A stretch of DNA of 64,000 nt from Marsupella aquatica (GCA_973895155.1 OZ316891.1:3950018-4014017); one strand, 5' to 3'; counted from the first letter of the stretch, positions 1 to 12,319 are shown. The notes: generated from the letters alone by a model not told the origin. A program made the numbers and translations.

Positions 1-95
1 GACGTACAGTGTTATCTCGGACTTCGTACTTCCAAAAAGCCAACTTACTATTTGATTTACCGAACTTTTTTGCAGAGGAGAAACAAAAATCTTAC

Positions 96-693
96 CTTCT
101 TCCTCTTCGGCTGCCCGCAGTTGAGACAGATCTTCCTCAACAATCCAACAAGTTTTCCCACATGATGGGGATGATAGATAGGAGACGGGAGCTCACAGTG
201 GGCAAAATGTCCTGCAATGTTGCAATGTAGTAATGTCAGCCACCATGTATGAACTTGAGAGTAAGGATAACGATTCATGTCCAATCACGCATGTCTTATA
301 CATTCATTCGACCAGAAGTAGTTGGGAAAACCGCATTTCGCAGCAATAAAGGTCAAGGATACCCTGGCACTGATCGACTGTTTCGCCACGACACGTCCCA
401 CAAGGTCCATTTGCAATCGGGTGCCCGAGTTTAGGATCATTAAGCTCTTTCGTCTTCGTCAAAGGGTTGTTGGCCGGGAAAACCGAAAGCTTATACTGAG
501 ATACAATTCAAGAAAAAAAAACGTCTTTAGTTTAGTACGTAGCAGAGAGCAAAATTAGTGCAGGATCGAAGCGTAGCAAGAAAATGTCATACACGTCCCT
601 TACCATCTCGTCAGTTGTCATTAGCCCAAACTGAATGCCACATATGTTTGCCAGTGGCGGCTCTCCAGCAGTGGGTATGTTGTCTGTTTCCAT
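96..693 (-). CDS. NRPE1: RNA polymerase IV/V largest subunit, first three coding exons (693-604, 495-363, 211-96); gene continues off the left edge. NRPE1-like; NRPD1 not excluded
   Basis: GT-AG splicing gives METDNIPTAGEPPLANICGIQFGLMTTDEM/YKLSVFPANNPLTKTKELNDPKLGHPIANGPCGTCRGETVDQCQG/HFAHCELPSPIYHPHHVGKLVGLLRKICLNCGQPKRKK. This is the RPB1-family clamp zinc region (CxxC...CxGHF...CxxC). LPxPIYHPxHV matches what I recall of Pol V NRPE1. Intron phases (0,1,0) are consistent. Confidence 0.82.
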
Positions 694-2821
694 TTTGGAA
701 TGACCGCTTCAATGATGGCTTTTACTTGCTAGAGCTTCTACGATACGAGAAAACGGGTCAGCTTCGTGACCTTGCGAGTGAAGCCGAGCTGGAGAGTTCG
801 AAGAACACTGCATGAACAAAGCTTGGTCTCCTACTGTTCAAACACCACAAACAGTCTCCCACGCCCATGTTAAACCTCAGAAGAATCATAAATGAGAAAC
901 GTATACCCTGCAAGCCTCTCAATGCGGCGGCACACTTACTATGGCGAGGTACTCGTGACTGCGAGTTGAAATTATCTGAAGGATGGCACCAAAAGCAGAA
1001 TACTGCAGATATCTACGTGGTTGCGTCTGCTTTGAGCTCGCCTCGATTTTAAAAAACCTTAGAATTCTGATAACGCTTTTATCAGAAACCGGCTTCTACC
1101 ACATATGACCCTACCCTTACGTTAAAAGAAGTAACCTCTAGACTTAGCATTGGCGGCAGACAATGGATCATTAACATCCTTCTCCTATCTCTGCGTCCCA
1201 GATTTTATTTCAGTGTCTTCAAACACCCCGTGACCATTCTTGCCAGAGATTATCGTCCTAGTACAAAGTAGACGAATGGTAAAGAGATCGTACGAGATTC
1301 AATGCTACGGAATGGTGCTTCCTTGTCTAAGAGCTCTGTTACTGCCCGAATACAACACTCAAATGTAGTACCTCTTGAGTGTATGACAGCTCTTGGTTGT
1401 CATACGCCGAGTGCTGTCTTGTAGAAGTTCTCCACTGACGTGAACCAAACGACTGCATATATGACGCAGACTTTGAATCTCTACGTGCGCCTGCATCGGC
1501 AACCCGGTTTTCGACTTTAGCCAGAGTCGTCAACGTACAGCTGTAATCACCACACCAAACATCCGAGGAGTACATTGAGCGTGAACCGAGTAGTGACCGC
1601 GTAGGAGAATTGCAAACAACAGTCTCCAAGATTGAATCAAGTCCACAACTTTGAGCGGACGCCGGAATTTTTCCTCTCTGCCAGACGCTAGACCACTGAA
1701 GCTTGCATATACTGTACGCTCTAGATCCTCCAAACCGAATCTCTTCATTTCTCTGCTCCATGTATACCTTCTTTGAGCAATCGAAGGTCTACCAGATGGA
1801 GCAACTCGTAATGATTGCTCGAGGAGGCAATTTGGACTTCAGTGCAATTTTCCCTCCGAAGAAGCTTTTGACAGGTCCTCGACAAGTGCATCAAGACGAC
1901 AAGATCATGTCTCCAGACCGCGTCGTAACAGCAGCAGCGCTCAACTCTCTTTGCATTTCAACAAATTCTGACAGAAAAGGAGATTCTGACAAAATGCAGT
2001 GGAATAATTAATTAGTTTATAGAGAAATCAAACATCAAAGAAATTGAAAGCGGCTTCTCTGGAACGCTTTCCAGATGAGTCAGTTAAGCCATGAGTGTCA
2101 ATGCCTCATTTGATCTCGTAACAGACCCTCCGTCACCATTTTGAGGACTGTTAATTACTGATTGGAACGAGCTGGAGGTATTGCACAAAACAAGGCTCGC
2201 GTACGAGGGAATAAGAAGCCCAACTGTAATGTTTCAGACACTCATGTTCATTAATAGATCGAGCTTAGTGACATCGGTCTCGATTCAATCTAACTCGTCG
2301 TGTGCTGTCAGAATGCATCTCAAAGCTATATTCTACTCACTCGATCAGACCACTCAGACCACTTCGACCAATGCTCGATCTTATAATCTGATGATATGTC
2401 AGCTCTAAATGTATAGAGAGTCGGTGCTACGTCTGGTGACCTTCTGATCGAAGTTCCCAGAGCTAGGGATCTTAGTCAGTATTCTCGAACTCGTATGCTT
2501 CCGACATTCCATTCGTTCCTCAGGTTATGAGCAATTTGAAAAGACAAGCGTTCGCTGGTGCTTTCGATGGATTGAACTCTTAATTGCCAACATCCATTCT
2601 CAGCTGCGGGTCCATTCAAGCACAGGCGTACGTCACAAAAAACATTTGTTCCGGGAAACAAGTTACTACAATATAATTCGCCAAGCCATTCATTGCGGTT
2701 GGAAGAACTGAATGACCATAAACAAAACAAGCATGACCAGCGAGCCACTTCTGCGATTGGCGATCGATACAAGCATGAACAGCGTCACTGGTGCGATCGG
2801 CCGGCGGGCTGGTGGCTCCTG

Positions 2822-3026
2822 CTGAGCAATTTGTACCTGAGATCGGTGATGGTGTTTCTGAAAGCAACCAGGGACAATGTTGGATTTGCGACGGCAGGCT
2901 GTCTCCTGGTTCCCTCCGAATGAAGGCTCCACCTGAGCAATTTGTACCTGAGATCGGTGATGGTGCTTCTGAAAGCAGCCAGGGACAATGTTGGATTTGC
3001 GACGGCAGCCTGTCTCCTGGTTCCCT
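2822..3026. repeat. Tandem duplication, 111-bp unit, ~1.9 copies
   Basis: CTGAGCAATTTGTACCTGAGATCGGTGATGGTG... starts at 2822 and again at 2933 with few substitutions. Confidence 0.9.
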
Positions 3027-3119
3027 CTCAATCAAGATTTGTGCAGCCAGCTTGGCGGTAGCGCCTCCTGCACATGAGGCTTTTTCTGGTTCCAGTCGTA
3101 GCAGTGCGTCCTACTCGTT

Positions 3120-3273
3120 CCGGTCACTTTCACTCATCCCGCCCACTCACCCCGGTCACTTTCACTCATCCCGCTCACTCATCCCGGTCACTTTCATCTC
3201 ACCGGACTCCATCGCCACTCGCTTCGGTCACTTTCACCTCGGGTCCTTTCCTTTCACCCCCGGTCAATTTCAC
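3120..3273. repeat. Cluster of ~5 CGGTCACTTTCA motifs
   Basis: Motif recurs at ~3121, 3153, 3185, 3225 and 3261 (last copy CGGTCAATTTCA). Confidence 0.8.
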
Positions 3274-3559
3274 TTATTTCTCTCCTCGTTACGTCAGAGT
3301 CGTGTAGTCATCACGCTGCCCCGATCGCAAGAAGGGGATGGCGACGGGTGTACGGGACTGTGACATTCAACGCAATACAGGTACAGACCAAAAGTACATT
3401 GTATGTGACTGTATTTATACTATCGTGTAACTACTCGTACCCCAGTTCTGTTTTTTCAATTTAATTTAATTTTTAAAACTAGCCAAGGTGAACACTAGCT
3501 CCGGAAGAGGGCACAAGTGGAGACACTTGAAGTGCAGTTTTGGTGGAGATATCTACTTA

Positions 3560-5057
3560 GTGGACCTCCAAATGCAACTTTTTCTCTTTATGGACCAAAA
3601 GTTACACACGCCCTCCCAGTGGACCCCAACGTTTACATTCTCTCCCAATGGACCCCTAGGCCCACTCCGTACAAGCATGTTCTTCTGAAACACCTTACCA
3701 CACAGTTCAGGTCCACTACGTACCCTGTGGACATGATGGTTGGTCATGTGTAGTAGGCCATCAATAACGTCGCAGTCCACAAGCGTCGTAGCCCTGGCCG
3801 CAATCGAGCGCTGCAACATCGATCATGGCTTCCTAATTTTTGTGAATACAATATGTCTATTGTATTCAAACTACAATAGCCGCAATCTAGAACAATACAA
3901 CATGGTCAATGTATTCACTCTACGCATGCCCGTACGCATGCAATGACACGTACGCATCGATTCTAGGTTGCGTCTACTTTGGATACATAGTGGACATTGT
4001 ATTCAAAGATCGCACTTAAACAAAGGCAGGACTCCCCTGCCTTACATATAGGCAGCAAGGCTTGCTGTAATGAACAGAACCAAAACCTGTTCAACATAGA
4101 ACAATATATTTGTGTCTTGCATACAATATGCATGTTGTATGCACATTTTCCCCCGACTTTACCACAAAGACACCCCCCTGTCGAAGCCTTCCCAAAATTA
4201 ATGGACAAAACTTATCGTATTACAACACAAAAATATGATTTGTCATGTATACACTTTGCACGTTGTATTCGGATTTTCACACTTAGGAAAAAAAAATGTC
4301 CCTCCGACTTTATGAAGATGCCCCCCGCCAAAGCCTGCTCAAATGGACAAAACCTATTGTATTTCAACATAGAAATATGATTTGTCATTTATACACTTTG
4401 CACGCTGTATTTAGATTTCACAAATTAATTAGAAAAAAACTTTGTCCCTCTGACTTTACGAAGACGCCCCTCCAAAGCCTGCCCAAATGGACAAAACCTA
4501 TTGTATTACAACGTGTACATATATGATTTTTCATGTATATACTTTGCACGTTGCATTTGGATTTCACAATTAGAATTATTTTTTGTCCCTCCGACTGTAC
4601 GAAGACACCCCCCACCAAAGCCTGCCCAAATAATCAAAACCTTTTGTATTACAACACAGCGATATGATTTGTCATGTATACACTTTAAAAGTTGTATTCA
4701 GATTTCACACTTAGAAAAAAAATTTGTCCCTCCAACTTTACAAAACGCCCTCCCCCCCCCCCCGGCCAAAGTGACGGTTCATGTTTGTATGCATTGTGGT
4801 CAATGTATACATTGTGGGATACATGGATTCACTCGGAACTGCAATCGTAGTCGACCGAGTTCGGCGATGTGGTCGGACACTGAAAAACAGTAGAACATGC
4901 TGCGTTTTACAGTGACAATCTCGTCCTATAAGAACTGCACAATGTGTTAGAAGAACATCTCACACGAAATGGCACCTCTGGTGGGCCCGGAGGTCCATTG
5001 GGAGGGCGTGTGCAACTTTTGGTCCATTAAGAGAAAAAGTTGCATTTGGAGGTCCAC
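3560..5057. mobile_element. Non-autonomous TIR element (~1.5 kb), 66-bp TIRs, TA-flanked
   Basis: 3560-3625 (GTGGACCTCCAAATGCAAC...) is the reverse complement of 4992-5057 with 3 mismatches. TA lies at 3558-3559 and 5058-5059. No transposase ORF. Confidence 0.8.
4070..4770. repeat. Diverged tandem array, ~143-bp unit, ~5 copies, inside the TIR element
   Basis: AATGGACAAAAC-type anchor at ~4200, 4342, 4486 and 4629. GTCCCTCCGACTTTA and TATGATTTGTCATGTATACACTTT recur at the same period. Confidence 0.85.
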
Positions 5058-5337
5058 TAAACTGTATATCAAGCTCAGTTTTGGTGTTTTTATAGTCCAC
5101 AGGCCCAAAGTTGAAGTGGATTTTTGGTGTATTTGTAGTACAAAAGCCCAAAGCCTGTGCATTGCACAGAACACTACACAAACAAATGCAAACACTACAC
5201 AAACAAATGCAAGTGAAGCAAGAAATACATCTTATGTATAGTTGTCATCATGTTGTCATTAGGGTTGTGCAATCAATGCTGTGTTACACGATTGATCCTT
5301 GCAACCATGGTGCCCTTACGGCCATGTGGTCAAGGGA

Positions 5338-5598
5338 TATTGATGTCTACTAATATTCAATTTTGCACATGAGACTTGGGGTTTGGAATTTGGATGGCAG
5401 TACTGGCCAGCATATCGAAGGCTTGTGTAGTTAATTTTACTATAAAAGTGGGAACTAAGTCTACTCTTATTGATGTCTACTAAAATATCAAATTTGCATG
5501 TGAGACTTGGGGTGTGGAATTTGGATGGCAGTACTGGTCAGCATGTCGAAGGCTCGTGTAGTTAATTTTACTATAAAAGTGCGAATGAAGTCTACTCT
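5338..5598. repeat. Tandem duplication, 130-bp unit x2
   Basis: TATTGATGTCTACTAA...AAGTCTACTCT at 5338 and 5468. Confidence 0.9.
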
Positions 5599-6272
5599 AA
5601 AGGGTCTAGAGTGAAGCACTATGGACTGTCACTCAGTACAGACAAAACAAAAGTGATCATGAATCTAAATAAAGAAAAACTTGAAATGAGGATGGACAAG
5701 ATATTAACTTCAAATAAAGACAAAACTGAAATGGGAGTGGACAAAATACAAGGATGGGACAAAGATTAGCCAAATAGCATAGAAATATTATTGTGCAAAT
5801 TTATTTGTCTCCATATCTTTACACTCAAGGAAGGGTTAATCAGGCTAGTTTGTTTTAAAACAAATTAAAGATGTACAAGACAAACCTAGGAGAAAGGAGA
5901 CATAGAGAAAATGAATTAAAGGAGGACTGTATTTAGAGGTGAGGACCAGGCTTTATTAGAGAGACTTCAGATATGACATACTCCCGCTCCTCCTTGGCCA
6001 CAGTACGTGCACCTGGAGTAAGGCACCTCACCCTCTGTGGCGTGGTATAGTACGTCCTAGCTTGCCAACCATGCAGAAGGACATTACTCCTTGCCATCCA
6101 AGGCAAGGCGCAGGTTAAAAGCTAGGCGCAGTGTGGAGAGTGGCAAGCATGGATTTTGGCCGATTCACGGTAGGAAAAATTCCCTTTACATTGAACACTC
6201 GATTGAACAGTTGCAGTTAAATCGGCCCTATTCTCCCCAATACTGTGTGTAATGCTGTACATTAGTTAGAAA

Positions 6273-8388
6273 TGATGGAAATTTTATAAATTTTAAACTT
6301 TTTCTAACTCAAGGTACAATCTAGTTACCTTTTGTAGCAATTTAGATCAACCGAACACTTTACCTAATGTTATGCTTCATCGGAGGCTATTGTATTGGAC
6401 AAGGATCGCGAATATAAATCCTTGCTCTTTACATGCTACCAAGAAAGAAGACTGGACATCATTGGAGAAGCAATGCAGACTAGAAGATTCAAGAACCGGC
6501 CTCCAAAACACTTTTTCAACAAGAATGAGCTCTGTATACAATTATCACAATCAGCCGATCTCTGCTATTTTAGTTAAATAGCTATCATGGTCAGAAAAGT
6601 CTCATACTTTTTCAGGAGGTAGTAGTTGCGTAGTAGAATCATCCCTGCAAGTTTCATCTCAAACCGACATGTGTTTTGAAAGTTAGAATTAATTTAGTTT
6701 TACTATTTTTTGCATAGCCGCGACTTCGCCGACGCTTTGTGAAGCGTCCCTTGTATTTGTGGACGCTTCAGAAAGCGTCCACCCAAAGACCACGACGCTT
6801 TCTGAAGCGTCCACCACCCAACCAGTTGTACTTCGACGCTTTGCAATCCACATGAGGAGCGACGCCCACAGAAGCGTCCGCTAACCCCAAAGTCCGATGA
6901 GACGCTTTCTGAAGCGTCCACATGAGAAGTGACGCCTTGTGAAGCGTCCGACCGTGTTCGAAGACAAAGCAGAATCGACGCTTTCTGAAGCGTCCGCCAA
7001 GACAGACTTCGCCGCTTTCTGAAGCGTCGCACCCGAAGACCAGAAGACGGACGCCGCGACCAAACCTCAAAATTCAGCCGACGCTTTCTGAAGCGTCCAC
7101 AAAAGTCCTTTGTAGTTTTGGACGCTTTCTGAAGCGTCCACTATGTTCCCGACACTTAGAAAAATTTTCAGTTTTCGCACTTTTATAACACCGCGCCACT
7201 TTTACCGATTTATTTGAGACACTTAGAGATCTCAGAAAAGTCTGAAACTTTGTCAGCATAGAGATTATATGTAGTAGAGTACCCTAGAAAAGTTTCAACT
7301 CATTCCGACTCTTAGTTTAGAAGTCAAAATTAGATTAAAATCACTGTTTATTAGTTTTACCGCAAACACCGACGCTTTGCAAAGCGTCCGCTCAAACCTC
7401 GACGCTTTCTGAAGCGTCCCCTGCATTTTTGACACTTTCAGCAGTGTCCATTCACTTTTCAAGGATGACCGTCATTAAGTTTATTCAAGACCCTTTAGAT
7501 ATGAAAGGGCATGTCCTTTCAGTATCTCAGTCTCCTTGGGTTCTTGCTAGCCTATATGAAGTAGAATTTGTGTCATTTTCAAGTGTGAAGAAATAAAGTA
7601 GTGCCTGTGGCATGTGCTGCAGACTGGAATCACCTTTGCTTGCAAATACAAAGGAATTCTTCTCCCTTCCTTGGTCTGAATGATTGAGAGTTTAGATCAT
7701 TGAAGTAAAATTACTTGTATGAAGTTGAATCTCAGAAGTATGAGGGAATAGATTCCTTAAGTGGTGACAACCCATCTTCTTGAGTTCTTGATGCATAGTT
7801 TTTGGTATGACATTGCTTGTGCACGGATGCAAAGATTGTTACTCACCAATTACCTGTGACTTCAATTTGATCATGATGGTGTTTATTATTCGTGACTCAG
7901 TACCGACTGGATATCGAAGTGATTGATTACTAGTTTCTTCTGAGTACCTTTGGAAGGAAAAGTTGAGACGTGTTGACGGCATTTTAGTAATCATCCTAGT
8001 ACAGTAATCCATTCCAAAAATGTTCTTACGGATATACCACCCAAATCACATCAAATGAAGTATTGATGAGAAGTTACCTTGGTGTTTTCCAGACTCCCTC
8101 ATCATACCTCAAGATTTCATTGTGTTTTGTTATTTGTTTCCATTTTATTAATTGCATTTACAATGTTAAGCAAACATTCAAATCTATGCCTTGCTGAGCA
8201 ACCATAGTAAAAGGCTCAAACCTGTGTTTTTGTTACCTTAGTCATTCATAAGTGTTAAACGATAGAAAATCATTCCTTTCTTGTTCTTCCATGGGATCGA
8301 ATACCGAGTTTTGGACATTAAATGTTGATTTATGTCCTTAGTACAATACTACACTGTGTTTGATGGGTTGGGGTAATGCACATGATCA
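6273..8388. mobile_element. Probable Ty3/gypsy LTR-like segment (boundaries uncertain)
   Basis: Non-coding, possible TG...CA ends, an internal palindrome array, and a 3' end (CCATGGGATCGA...TACTACAC...ATGATCA) resembling plant gypsy LTR ends. No matching TSD found. Confidence 0.35.
6731..7448. repeat. Array of ~14 copies of the 18-bp palindrome GACGCTT-N4-AAGCGTC with variable spacers
   Basis: Copies at 6731, 6762, 6794, 6835 (partial), 6861, 6901, 6931, 6977, 7011, 7080, 7121, 7371, 7401, 7431. Confidence 0.92.
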
Positions 8389-9898
8389 ATAAGTAGAGTC
8401 AAATAAGTAGAAGGAACAACCACTTATAGAAGAAATTTTGGCTTATCATAATATGGAAAATCCATTCAACCTGCGGATACTTGCCCTTAATTAGTTTGCA
8501 ATTGCTTTTTGATGTGCAATTAATATTAGGCAGATTTGATGGTGGCCCAGGCAGATTTTTAGCCTAGTATCATTGGCATGTTACTTGATTGGTTAGTGTT
8601 TACCAAAAAAAAACAATGGCCCCAAGTGACAACGTTTTACAGTATTACACTTATCTCTGTTCAAACAAGGCAAGCCGTGAAAGGGTGAGACCATCAGAGT
8701 GTGATACTTTCAATTGTCATTCTAACAGGGGCCTCAAATTTTCAATAAGTTAAGACGGCAAAGTGTTTGAATGGTGTAGCTATATCTATATAACAGGGCC
8801 GGGTCTCAAAGTTCCAGAGTTTATATTGGCTAACTTTGTGATATAGCTACATTGTTCTAAGTAAATGTTTTTCAAAAAGTATTTTCCCTATTGACAGCAA
8901 TTAAGCGGGCAATTAAGTAGCAAATAACAAAACCCGTAACAAAACAGTAAATTAATAACAAACAATAAAAACCAAAACAGCAATGCAGGCACAAAACATG
9001 ACATAATTTTCCTCTATTTTTGTGATGATGGTGGGCCTCACAGTCATTTGTATAATCCTTAAAAAGGCATCATTTGATGGGAGCTAATACTATTGACATG
9101 TAAAAAATAAACGGTCAACAAATTGGGGTTACGTCAAACACATTAAAAAATCCTGGCCTGCTCGTGCAATAGATAAGCTCCGCAATGGCATGGGGAGGGG
9201 GCAGAGGGTGAGCAGAGATCATGGCTGGTTAACCCTGGCCACTCATGCCTTGCCACATGGCAACCGAACTGGAATTGAATTACTGCTAACCTATATACAA
9301 AATGGGGGGCAGGTAGACAATTAAATTCATTTTGGGACAGGATATTGGATTTGGGTACTCAGGGGGATAGGTTAGTCAAAAGTTGTTATCCTTATTTTGT
9401 ATTTTTTCCTGGGTTCACTTGTCGAGCTCTTAGCTTTAAATTGCTGGTTCTCGTCGTAGACTCTCGACTGAGCCGGCCATATACTTGCGAGGCATCTATG
9501 TAGTTTTTGTTTTCTCTAATGGGTGACCTTAGGTTAATCTCACTGTTTCATTTCTGTCTTTTGCCCTCATGACTCTATGTGTTTGGTTCCTGAGTGGTCG
9601 TTGGTCCATTGTCTGTTTTGGGTCTAGACAGCTATTCCTCGGTCCGAGTCAAGAAGCGCGCCTCTTTGTTCCGAGCCAAGGAGCGCGCTCAAGTCTTCGT
9701 AGAGAATCCAGAAGCTTAAAACTCTAAAGCTAACGCTCGATTACTCTCCTGCATCGAGCCCATAGAATGCTTAACTTCTTTTCGGGATATACTTAGTTAC
9801 CACTCGTCACACAAGACTTCAATACAAGAAAGGAAAGCTTTGGTTTGAATCTTTCCCAATTGGATAGTGCACTTTTCACACTTCCAAACCTAGGGACT

Positions 9899-11200
9899 AT
9901 GGTGATGCCCAACAATGGAAACAAGAAGATACACGATATGGCTGGAGAAGGGAGTGGCCCTGGGACTCTACAGCCAGGAGAAAGAAGCAGCCCAGGTCTA
10001 TCATCAGTAAACTCGATTTCGGCGATGGAGTCGTATTAATTGGCAGAAACTGGAGAGATACAAAGGGGGATAGCAGAAGCTCAAGCTGCATGTCATGGCC
10101 TGGCAAGTTCTCTTCATGCAAGGAAGAAACTAATGAAAGAAGTGGGCCTTGCACTTCATTACATGGAGGCTTCTATGGTGGCACTCGAAGGGAAAATGGA
10201 CAAATTAGGGGTGCTGGCAAGAGGATCAACGCTAATAGAGAAGAGTATGGTGAGCGGACTTGACAGCTTATGGGGCGATGAACAGTCTATAGTTATGAAG
10301 GTGGTAAGAGCTTGGCAGTCAGGGATGTTGCCTCGAGAAAGAATGTGTCAGATTGATCAGCAGATTTGATTTCGAGCGATACCAGAATCAAGCTGCTGAT
10401 TCCATGGAGGCTTCCATGGAAGCACTGCAGCAAGGATTGGAGAAGATGGACAATTATCCATTTTACTAGTACCTGTAAGATTTCTATGCATGCTGGCACT
10501 TCAGGAACAAAAGACTATTGAAGTGAACAAAGACGTTAATCGTCTAAGTGCCAGCATAGAAATCATCCTGAAGTTCGATATTAGCATTGTGCACACCGAT
10601 TCTGTAGGTGAACAGCAATGAGAGGCAAACAAGCGATCAATGCCAAGGTCTCTCTCTCTGTCTGCTTCACTTTCTTTCCTCGCCATGTTAATAAATGGCC
10701 GATTTTGTCCCCAGCTTTGCCCCTTCTGAAGTCCAGGAGCGGGGATACTTTGAGCACAGTTTATTGCTCTCTTGTGCGTGGCTGGTGATTTAGAAGGAGA
10801 ATGTCTTTTCTGTTGTAAACAATTATCGAGGAGGTTAAGTGTACCAAACACTTAACCCGGATCAGTTCACGGGGGTAAACCTAGCATGGGACCGTGAGTT
10901 GTCGACATGGAGTAGTAGCTACGGTCTCTCACCCATGATTGTCCTAGGGCTTTGATATATGTCAACTCCATAGATGCACAAGAACGTGGACACAAGAACG
11001 AGAGACTCAAAGAATATGCAGAAGTGTAAATTTCATAATGCTCGAAACAAAGCCGGAGCGGAATACATCCAAGACTCGGGTGTATCCCCGGTCCTGATCC
11101 CACCGTTGTCTCGAGGCAGCCATGTGGCAACGGTAAAAGACTAACAAAGCGGCTTACTGTAAGAATGTCACTAGTGTATGTAAACTGCGAACTAACCGAC
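9899..11200 (+). pseudogene. Degraded coding relic with a coiled-coil-like segment; possibly LINE ORF1-like
   Basis: ORF 10040-10369 is helical and heptad-like. Broken frames downstream (PRALIYVNSIDAQER...LKEYAEV) loosely resemble a LINE ORF1 RRM-like region. Many stops. Confidence 0.25.
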
Positions 11201-11312
11201 ACCTGGAGAAATGGGAAGAAGTTTTGACTAGCACAAACAGAAAGGGTAACTTTGACAATATATCTTGTTAGAGTGGCGACTTGAAAGGCGCTTTGAGTAG
11301 CTAGAATCTGTG

Positions 11313-11647
11313 TGTGGAAATTTCTGAATAAGCTTAATTAACCCACGAAGGGGAGGCGTAATATACACAAAGAGCACAGGTCCGTTGAGTACCTGAGAGA
11401 GGATGACTCAGAGGCCACGTAGGTCATGGAACTGCCAGGCAGGAGCGACAAGTGCCAACGGACGGTGAACGTCCTAAACAGATTTTGTCCTAAGTAACTA
11501 ATGGGCAACCATAAGTAGGTCAATCTACCAATATACTAAATGACTAATCGAACGGTAAATTAATTACATCTAAGTAGCGGCAACTAAAAGAGTTTAGCAT
11601 GATGACGGCCACAAATACTAACACCGTATGTCCCTGAACTTTCAACA
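11313..11647 (-). repeat. 3' LTR of copia 1
   Basis: Direct repeat of 16850-17184, with PPT (AAGAGGGGG on the minus strand) at 11648-11656. Confidence 0.97.
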
Positions 11648-11743
11648 CCCCCTCTTGACCGCATCTTGCAAACAAAGTTGAGAGTTGAGTCATATCAAGC
11701 GGAAGTAGACCATCGTTGTAGTAACAGCAAGTCGAGAGAAGAG

Positions 11744-12241
11744 ATGGCACAGACTGACATCTTAGTGCGCGATTCAGTGCTCTACCTAGTGCTAGCGATG
11801 TTGGGCTTTGTATCAGCCATAGCTCGTTTCCTCCAAGATTCAATACAGTGTGGACAGGACGCACAGGGAAGCCGAGAGAGAGATGGTCCCGTGCAGCCAA
11901 AGGAGAGGGCAAATGCGCTAGGATCATTAGCTGGGACTGGACCTCAAATTCGATCGGAGTCGAGTCCACCGGTATCAGTGCAGACGAGAGAGGAAGTGAA
12001 TGATGAATCAAGGGTGCCAGCCATGGGGTACCCGGTGGCATTGGAGTTGTCTGTTTTAGAGGGTCCTCCCCATCGATACTACGCAGTGGCACGGGGACGC
12101 CGTCCAGGGATATATACCACTTGGGAAGAGACTGAGCCATTGGTCAGTGGCTTTAGAGGGAATAAGTTCAAGTCCTTCAAGACTAGACAAGAGGCTGAGC
12201 TGTATGCGTACCGTAATGGACTTGGACCTAGTTTAGGATAA
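11744..12241 (+). CDS. Antisense extra ORF in copia 1 (165 aa): N-terminal hydrophobic helix + C-terminal RNase H1 hybrid-binding / Cauli_VI (viroplasmin) domain
   Basis: MAQTDILVRDSVLYLVLAMLGFVSAIARFL... ends in RYYAVARGRRPGIYTTWEETEPLVSGFRGNKFKSFKTRQEAELY, which fits the YYAVxxGrxxGIYxxWxexxxxVxGFxgxxfKsFxtxxEA consensus. Lies between the pol stop and the PPT. Confidence 0.88.
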   Translation: MAQTDILVRDSVLYLVLAMLGFVSAIARFLQDSIQCGQDAQGSRERDGPVQPKERANALGSLAGTGPQIRSESSPPVSVQTREEVNDESRVPAMGYPVALELSVLEGPPHRYYAVARGRRPGIYTTWEETEPLVSGFRGNKFKSFKTRQEAELYAYRNGLGPSLG

Positions 12242-12319
12242 GAGGCAGTAGAGGCGTTATCGCATAGCTTAGGAATGATGTACTTGTAAAGGACCGACTA
12301 AGGCTTTGGTCTGCTCGAT

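Noticed and set aside
1339-2011. Possible LRR/NB-ARC relic or small gene upstream of the polymerase gene
   Set aside because: No convincing motif in any frame, and many stops.
6731-7448. CRISPR array
   Set aside because: Eukaryotic context, no cas genes, repeats only 18 bp and in mixed orientation, spacers short and irregular.
11544-12140. 198-aa minus-strand ORF as a copia env-like gene
   Set aside because: It is the shadow of the plus-strand HBD ORF, runs into the LTR and shows no recognisable motifs.
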